From assembly GCF_009914755.1 (NCBI RefSeq), contig NC_060931.1: a stretch of 64,000 nucleotides of DNA. One strand, written 5' to 3'. Position 1 is the first letter of the stretch, and each line of letters opens with the position of its first letter. The notes under the pieces were generated by a model. That model searched no databases. It saw only the letters and a program-made list of their open reading frames with translations, and was not told the DNA's origin. Shown here piece after piece: positions 55,771 to 64,000 of this stretch. Source of the stretch: the human T2T-CHM13v2.0 reference genome, Homo sapiens. The position numbers and the translations under genes were made by a program.

Positions 55771-56576
55771 AGACCTTAGCAGAGATACAAACTTCTAGAG
55801 AATACATTTGTGGCTTATCTGCTCCCTTAGTGAGGGAAAAAAGTACTTAGTATCTCATAATGTAATACGGGGCTTAAAAATCATTGAAGGTGCCTAAAAA
55901 TAGCAAGTAGGTCTACTTTTCCTTGGGAAGAGTTTTGATAAGATATTTTTGATCTTTTAGGAGTTAAAAAGATGTTTCTCAACCTCTAAACAGAGTTGGT
56001 GGGCAAGGCAGAATGGATTGGTAGAATATTAAAAATAGAGCGAGGCTAGGCTGTTCCTTCAAGATATTTGCAAACACTAGAATTTTTAAACACAAAACAG
56101 AATAGGAGTTGGAATATTTTAAGAAAATAAGTAAAAATGTAGTCCTCTTGCTATCTCCAACAGCTATGCATTTGAGTACCTGAAATGTGGGAGTAGACGA
56201 AGGGGCATTAGATACACTATAAACCATGTTTGTTATTATAAATAACACATAAAACCACAGAGCACCTTCATTATAGATTAATGTTACAGTTCTCTGTGGA
56301 CACAAGACCATTGACAACATGGGGGACATGAGGTTGTAATAAGCCTTAGATTCTATAAGTCAATAAAATTAAGCCATGGCACAATTGTGTCACATCTACA
56401 GAAAGGCAGAGTAGATCATCACTGAGGGAGACAGTGATTCTAAGCCTCACTCACCTTGGCCAAGCCTGAAGATCTTGAGAAGTGTTTCTGTCCCATCACT
56501 AACTTACCCACTCATACTGGTGGTGTCAGTGCAGGAGTCACTGCTACTGAAGGCTGGTGGAAGGAAAGACCACAGG

Positions 56577-57734
56577 TTGTTTTTTGTTTTTAAATACTTT
56601 AAGTTCTAGGGTACATGTGCACAATGTGCAGGTTCATTACTTAGGTATACATGTGCCATGTTGGTTTGCTGCACTCATCAACTGGTCATTTACATTAGGT
56701 GTTTCTCCTAATGCAAACCCTCGCCCAACCCTCCACCTACTGACAGACCCTGGTATGTGATGTTCCCTGCCCTGTGTCCAAGTATTCTCATTGTTCAATT
56801 CCCACCTATGAGTGAGAACATGCAGTGTTTGGTTTTCTGTCCTTGTGATAGTTTGCTTAGAGTGATGGTTCCAGCTTCATCCACGTCCCTGCAAAGGACA
56901 TGAACTCATCCTTTTTTATGGCTGCATAGTATTCCATGGTGTATATGTGCCACATTTTCTTAATCCAGTCTGTCACTGATGGACATTTGGGTTGGTTCCA
57001 AGTCTTCGCTATTGGGAATAGTGCCACAATAAACATACGTGTGCATGTGTCTTCATAGTAGCATGATTTATAATCCTTTGGGTATATACCCAGTAATGGG
57101 ATCGCTGGGTCAAATAGTATTTCTAGTTGTAGATCCTTGAGGAATCACCACACTGTCTTCCACAATGGTTGAACTAATTTACATTCCCACCAACAGTGTA
57201 AAGGCATTCCTATTTCTCCACATCCTCTCCAGCATTTGTTTCCTGACCTTTTAATGATCGCCATTCTAACTGGCGTGAGATGGTATCTCATTGTGGTTTT
57301 GATTTGCATTTCTCTGATGACCAGTGATGATGAGCATTTTTTCATATGTCTGTTGGCTGCATAAATGTGTTCTTTTGAGAAGTGTCAGTTCGTATCCTTT
57401 ACCCACGTTTTGATGGGGTTGTTTTTTCTTGTAAACTTGTTTAAGTTCTTTGTAGATTCTGGATATTAGCCCTTTGTCAGATGGGTAGATTGCAAAAATT
57501 TTCTCCTATTCGCAGGTTGCCTGTTCATTCTGATGATAGTTTCTTTTGCTGTGCAGAAGCTCTTTAGTTTAATTAGATCCCATTTGTCTATTTTCACTTT
57601 TGTTGCCATTGCTTTTGGTGTTTTAGTCATGAAGTCTTTGCCCATGCCTATGTCCTGAATGGTATTGCCTAGGTTTTCTTCTAGGGTTTTTATGGTGTTA
57701 GGTCTTACATTTAAGTCTTTAATCTATCTTGAGT
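56577..57734 (-). mobile_element. 5'-truncated L1PA6-like element (ORF2 end and 3' UTR)
   Basis: TACTTTAAGTTCTAGGGTACATGTGCAC...TTGGTTTGCTGCAC.CATCAAC..GTCATTTACATTAGG; [20 protein letters not shown]. Confidence 0.93.
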
Positions 57735-57796
57735 ATGCATATCAAGAATATTGGAAACATACCTATTGTCAATAGAGCGGGCCCTCTGGATCATAA

Positions 57797-58164
<368 letters not shown>

Positions 58165-58259
58165 CAGTATTTTTTTAAACAATTCAGAAAGCTATGTATC
58201 CAAATTCCGAAGCAATCTTGAGCAGTCATCAATGAAAGTCTTTAACTCAGTGAAGCACA

Positions 58260-58545
58260 CATTGTCTTAAATGCCTTTATCTCTTTCCCTGGTCTCTGTC
58301 TACATGCACCTCCCCTTCCTTCAGTACCTAGCCCAAGCTTCCCCTCCATAAAGCCCTCCCATAATGTCCCTGGTTGGAACCAGTTACCTCAACCTCTGCA
58401 CCTGCATAGTTTATGTGTGTATATCTAGCAATTATTTTCTCATCTTGGCTCTAAACTTTGAAGGGCAACTGTTGTGTCCGTCTCCAGTGCCTATCACAGC
58501 ATTGTGCCCATAGCCAGGGTGCAGTGCATCTTATGGAATGTGACC
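58260..58545 (+). mobile_element. L2 3' end
   Basis: TCCATAAAGCCCTCCC...TTTGAAGGGCA...TCTCCAGTGCCTATCACAG...ATAG. Confidence 0.55.
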
Positions 58546-59223
58546 AAGGGACATCTCCTGTTTTAGCATAAATAAAAGAAACCAGAGTTCTGCTCTTGTT
58601 CCACCTTCATTAATCAAGTCCTCCCTCCAGCTTGTTGTTTACCAGCAAGGGAGAGAAAAGCTGAACTCACAAGTTCATGCTGCTGAGATAAAGACCTGAA
58701 GCATATGTTGGCCCACAGGGAGGGCTCGATGCCAAAAGCTGGGGAGAAAACTAAAGTTTCTCCAAGGAAAAAATAAATAAGGGTGGAAAGGAGAGCACCT
58801 CCAGTTAAGGACAGGTACTATGACACCTGACACCAGGAATGCCTTTGCTGCTAGGTGCTTCCTTAACTGTGACAGGACATTAACACAGGACCTGCAGCTG
58901 GGGCAGGAGAAAAAGAGAAAAAGGAGCAGCAGAGAAGAAACCAGCCTCAGTCCCAGGCCCTTCTCCACTGCAGGGTTCCAGCTTAGAGCAACACCAAGCT
59001 GTGGGAGGGGAGAAACTTTCAGTTTGGCTGAATTTCAGTTTTATTACACAGGACTGGACATTTTAATAACTGAAATGAGACTTTTCATATATTTAGAAGT
59101 GAATAGAGAACGAAGAGTATGAGACCAATATACCTTCCAGATGGGGGTGGGAGAATCCTAGACTTCACAGGTGTAAAATCAGTAGGAAGAGGCAAAATTA
59201 AGAAGTTTCCAAAAACAAAACTC

Positions 59224-59550
59224 AAACCTTGAGGACATTACGCTAAGTGAAATCAGCCCATTACAGAAAGACAAGTACTGCAAGACTCCATTTATATGAG
59301 GTATCTAAAATAGCTAAGTTCATAGAATCAAAATCTGGAATGATGGTTGCCAGGAACTATGGGAAGAGAAAAATGGGGAGTTATTTAATCAATGGGCAAA
59401 CAGTTTCAGTCAAGCAAGATGAATAAGCTCTAGATATCTGCTGTACAACGCTGCACCCACAGTAAACACTAATGCAGCATGCTCTTAAAAATTAGTTAAG
59501 AATAGAGCTTATGTTTAAGACTTTTTACCATAATAAAATGAAATAAAAAA
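59224..59550 (+). mobile_element. L1MA10/L1MB-like 3' end
   Basis: AACCTTGAGGACATTACGCTAAGTGAAAT...TATATGAGGTATCTAAAATAG...GTTTCAGT.AAGCAAGATGAATAAGCTCTAGA.ATCTGCTGTACAAC. Confidence 0.85.
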
Positions 59551-60479
59551 ATGAAGAATCTAAAAATTTAAAATTTTAAAATAAAGAAGTGGTACTGTGG
59601 AGTCTCACCTATCACATATACCAGTTACATTGACATTTTAAAAGTCAGTGCTCAATAATAGGGCTCCCCCAGAGTGCCTTGCCTGCTTCACGATTCACAG
59701 TACAAACAAGGCTTCCATGCTTCCTGACAATCACACATGGAATTCCATTTTTTAAACGAGGAAATGAAAAATAATTTTGAAACCATAAAAAGAAATAAAA
59801 TATTTTCTTTAAAAATAGAGGACTCAGCCATGTTTATGACAGTCAAACAAAATGTCTATTTCTCTCCTTTTTGCCAGGGCTCCTCTGATTGCCATCCAAT
59901 TAGCTAGTGGTCAGAGTGACCCATTAGTGAGAAGTCCTGTTAGGGAAGCCCTTTAGCTGGTATGCAATATGTGCTATTTTCACTGACTGGACTCAATTGG
60001 TGGTGGTGGTGGTGAGTGAAGTCTGCATTCTGCCACAGATAACTAATGTGTAGGTAGATGTGGTTCCTCTCAATAACCATGAAGGCCCTGGGTTAATTCC
60101 TTTGGTTGCCAACACACTAGGGCTGGTGAAGGCAGCACAGAATGGAGAGCCTTTACAAAGCTGGGGAGAATGCTCTAACAGAAGCTTTTTCTTGTCCTTG
60201 AAACTGCTTTGTTGTCATTTAGATGAAAGCCAAAACTATTTCTGATGAATATTATGATGCATGGTTACATTTAGATCCTATTTTTCAGGGGAATTTTGGC
60301 TACTGTAACTGAATTTAACATATGTTGATAGAGCTCTTTCATGCCCTGGGCACTGATGAATAAGACCAGGTTGCTAATTCCCCTGAGAAAGTTACAGTCT
60401 ACGTAGAACGCAGTGGTGTCAATGGACTGACACCATACAGCATGTGCAATGGACATCTGTGTGGTTCACCTGCCAGGCA

Positions 60480-61490
60480 GCTCTTCTTCTTGTTGTAGGA
60501 GAGCATCACACTTTAGCTTTAAGAAATGACACCTCTCTGTGGCTTTGACCATATGTTTCAAGTGGAGCTCACCCCAGCTTTCTCTCCCCAGCTCCAGAAA
60601 TGGGCATATGTCCCATGCATGGCTAAAGTGAATAGCACCTTCCCCAGGCCACAGTGATTGCTTGAGTGATGAACTGTCACTTCTTGTACAGTGGGGGCCA
60701 AGCCTTGGACTTCTGCGGACACAATTGGAAGCGAAGCACATCCTTTCCACTAAAGGTGCTGTATTGGGTTGAACTATATCACCCCAGAAGATATGTCCAC
60801 CTGGAGCCTCAGAATGTGACTTTATCTGGAATAAGGTGTTTGCAAACATAACTGCAGTAGGGAATTCGAGATGAGATCATCTTAGAATAGAGTGAGCCCT
60901 AAATCCAATGACAAGTGTCCTTATAAGAGACAGAAAAGGAGAAAATAACAAATACACAGAGAGAAAGGTGATGTGACAATGAAGCCAGAGACTGGAGTTA
61001 TGCAGCTACAAGGCAGGGATGCCAAGAATTGTTGGCAGCCACCAAAACCGAGGAGAGAAGCATGGAGCAGATCCTCCCTCAGAGCTTCTGTAAGGAGCCA
61101 GCCCTGCCTACACCTTGATTTTGGACTTCTGGCTCCACAATTGTGGGAGAACAAATTTCTGTTGTTTTGAGCCACCCAGTGTGTGGTGATTTGTTAAGGC
61201 AGCTCTGGGAAATGAATACAGTTACTAAGCTGGCAGTATGCAAGCCTACAGCTGCTGGTGGCCATCTTCCCACCACATGGGCAAAACCTAAGCATATAGC
61301 CAGCACACCAGAAAGCAGAGCCCAGAGCTGGAGCAAGACACATTCCTGTAGACTTCATTTTAAAATGTGGAGCTAACCCTGCCTGAGAAGTCAGATTTAC
61401 TCCTATACTGTTTTAAGTTTTTGTACCCTAAATTGCCTCATAGGCTTACATTTAAGTCCTGTCTGAGACAGTAAAACAAATGCTTTCTTT
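60480..61490 (+). mobile_element. MLT1K-like LTR relic split by an MLT1C
   Basis: CCCCAGGCCACAGTGATTG...TTTCCACT / CTAAGCTGG..GCCTACAGCTGCTGGTGGCCATCTT.CCACCAC. Confidence 0.6.
60760..61220 (+). mobile_element. MLT1C-like MaLR solo LTR
   Basis: TGTATTGGGTTGAA...CCTCAGAATGTGAC...CCCTAAATCCAATGAC.AGTGTCCTTATAAGAG...GACTTCTGGCTCC...GAAATGAATACA. Confidence 0.88.
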
Positions 61491-62884
61491 ACTAAAGGTA
61501 CACACACAGTGTTGCAATCACAGAATAGAGCTCATCTAACACTACTTAAGGGAACCCAGGAAGCCTTCACTAAGGAAGTATCATTGATGCTGAGTCTTGA
61601 GTGGAATTTTGCCAGGAAATAATTCATCTGATGTCCCATCTCTGCATCATTCTCTGTGGGATTCTTTCTGGGGAGCCACATAGTCATTCTGCACATGCCC
61701 ATCCCAATCTAAGGGCTCCAGGACACAAACTGCGGTTGGCCAAGATGTCTTAAATGAGTTTTGTTTCAATGGCATAGATCCCCACAGCATCAAGTGATTC
61801 CCATCCTCCATGCCTGGGACCTTGTGACCACTTGTGCCAATACCAACTTGCTTCTGGCCCTCATTCCCACTCCAGTCCAAGCCAATCCCAGCTCTTGCCT
61901 GGAGACACACAATAGATTTCTAACTAATCTTCTGCTTCCATCTTGACCCTGCAATCCAGTTTCTGCACACGTACCTCAACTGTACCATATCTCTCCAAAT
62001 CAAATCCCTTCAAAGGCTTTTACCAGATCTGTAAATTCCCAGCACCTAACAAGTTCTTGGAACTTCATTTGGGTACCAATTATGTGTTAAATGAATGGTG
62101 AATAAGCAAGTTCATCAGGGCCTGGAGTCATGACTCAATAGCAGAAGCTTTAGACCTTAGGACATCTTGCAGTCATGACTCACATCTCATGTTACATACC
62201 TGGAACATTCCAAACCAATTGAAAGAGGAATAATATATTCATCAGATTTATCTACTTCTGATTTTGCATCCACTCTATTTGTCTGACATAGCAGATCTCT
62301 GGTTCTTAATCTAAGAATGGTAGATCTACTATCTGGTTCTGGTTTTCAGATTCAAGTTTAGCAACCTGGGTGTCAATCCTGCTATCATGTACTTAAGCTA
62401 CTGCTTCTGTTTCCCAACTGAAACCTGTCCCTAATTCTGATTCCCGGCTCTCCTTCCTTCCCATGTGCCCTCCGGTTGCGGCACTGGCATGCCCCAGAAC
62501 CCAGATCCCATGTCTCTCAACTGTTGCTAAACAGAATGAGATGCTGAGCCCTGACCCTAGGGCAGGGTCCCATCCTCTGCTACAGAACAATTTTTATGTG
62601 GACTGTTAGCCACGCCATCTGACTTTCTCCAAGCTACCTACTTCCTGATGTCCTGTCTCCAGCATGCACTCACCTGCCATGTCCATCTATTCCTTCATTC
62701 AACAAGCACTCTCAGATTATCTTCTAGACAGTGCAGCTACAGTGCTAATGAAAGATGTCTGTGGTATGCTTTCCACCTCTGAAGAAAAAGAAGGGAATAA
62801 TTTAAAAAGTGGTAAGATGTCTGCATGGGACCTCAGAAACTGACCAAGTGTTCACAGTGGTTCACCTCTTACCCTCTTACTTTG

Positions 62885-64000
62885 CCTTGACAGAACTTTA
62901 GTCAGGATTCTCTCCTTCCTACAGGTCCCTGAATTCTACTTGGCCCCAAGCCTGAGAAAGCACTAAACACTGGAATGTGGCCCCCTTATTAGCTTGCACT
63001 GAGAATCAGCTGACCACAGCAGGACAATTCCTGTCATACCCCACTGATCATCCTCCCCATCCCACTGGCCATCCCCCAGTTCCACTGATCATCCCCCTGT
63101 CCCACTGATCATTCCCCTCAACCATCCCACTGATCATCCTCCCATCCCACTGGTCATCCCCCCACCACCATCCCCATCTCACTGATGACTGGTCATCCCC
63201 CCACCACCATCCCACTGGTCATCCCCCCCACCACCATCCCCGTCTCACTGATGACTAGTCATCCCCCCACCACCATCCCACTGGTCATCCCCCCCACCAC
63301 CATCCCACTGGTCATCCCCATCCCACTCATCATCCACCCCATCCCACTCGTCATCCCCCCATCCCACTCGTCATGCTCCCCTGTCCCACTCATCATCCCC
63401 CGTCCCACTTATGACCCACCCCACCATCCCACTGATCATCCTCCCATCCCACTGATCCTCTGATGACCCCCCTGCCATCCCACTGATCATCCCCTCCTCC
63501 CACTGGTCATCCCTCCCGTCCCACTGATCATCCCTCCGCCGTCCCACTGATGACTCCCCACCCCCGCGGTCCCACTGGTCATCCCGCCGTCTGGCTGGCG
63601 ACCCCCCGGCCGTCCCGCCAATGACCCCCCCGCCGGCCCACTCATCATTCCCCGCCGGCCCACTGATGACTCCCCCTCCAACCCACTGATCATCCCCGCC
63701 ATCCCACTGGTCATCCCCCCATCCCACTGACCATCCCCCATCCCACTGATCATTCCCCGTCCCACTGATGACCCCCCCCACCATCCCACTAGTCATCCCC
63801 CCGTCCCACTGGTCATCACCTCGCCCCACTGGTCATCACCCCATCCCACTGGTCATTCCCCCGTTCCACTGGTCATCCCTCCATTGCTTAATCCCTTTTA
63901 CAATTTTAATTAAGCTTTTGCTTATCTCTCCCTACCCTATATAATGGAAGCCTCTTTCTTTTTGATTTTGTGACACTTGACAATTTCTGAGGTTGGAGCA
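62885..64000 (+). mobile_element. ERV1-type LTR (MER31/MER67-like) hosting a minisatellite; runs off the right edge
   Basis: CCTTGACAGAACTTTAGTCAGG.TTCTCTCC matches MER31/67 5' regions. A TATA-like CCCTATATAA and TTG..ACACTTG...GGTTGGAGCA follow the repeat. Confidence 0.55.
63038..63882. repeat. C-rich minisatellite/VNTR, unit ~19-25 bp, consensus CCCACTG(A/G)TCATCCCCCC(A/G)T
   Basis: Roughly 40 variant copies read directly from the sequence; central copies are CpG-rich. Confidence 0.95.

Noticed and set aside
63185-63829. Repetitive ORFs (GDDQWDGG, PPTTIP) or a CRISPR-like array
   Set aside because: Head-to-tail minisatellite without unique spacers; mammalian context, no cas genes; the ORFs simply reflect the repeat.

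Overview
AT-rich, CpG-depleted primate genomic DNA, most likely human. It reads as intergenic or deep-intronic sequence, and I cannot support any host protein-coding exon, RNA gene or CpG island. A large part of the window is interspersed repeat: L1 copies of several ages, nine Alus, MIR/L2/L3(CR1) relics, MaLR/ERVL/ERV1 solo LTRs and hAT MITEs. The only ORFs with real protein homology are broken L1 ORF2 fragments. The most interesting features not explained by repeats are: (i) a ~120-bp island of retained CpGs made of packed CRE/ATF/E-box motifs with a 20-bp quasi-palindrome at ~29.85 kb; (ii) a perfect palindromic Maf element (T-MARE) in an LTR16-like element next to a ~460-bp polypurine tract; (iii) an ~845-bp C-rich minisatellite expanded inside an ERV1-type LTR; (iv) a 5'-inverted (twin-primed) L1 with a large internal deletion; and (v) an unexplained ~60-bp diverged direct repeat 2 kb apart. 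Repeat family names come from recalled consensus sequences, not a database search, so subfamily calls and most boundaries are approximate. I found no convincing novel multi-gene system.
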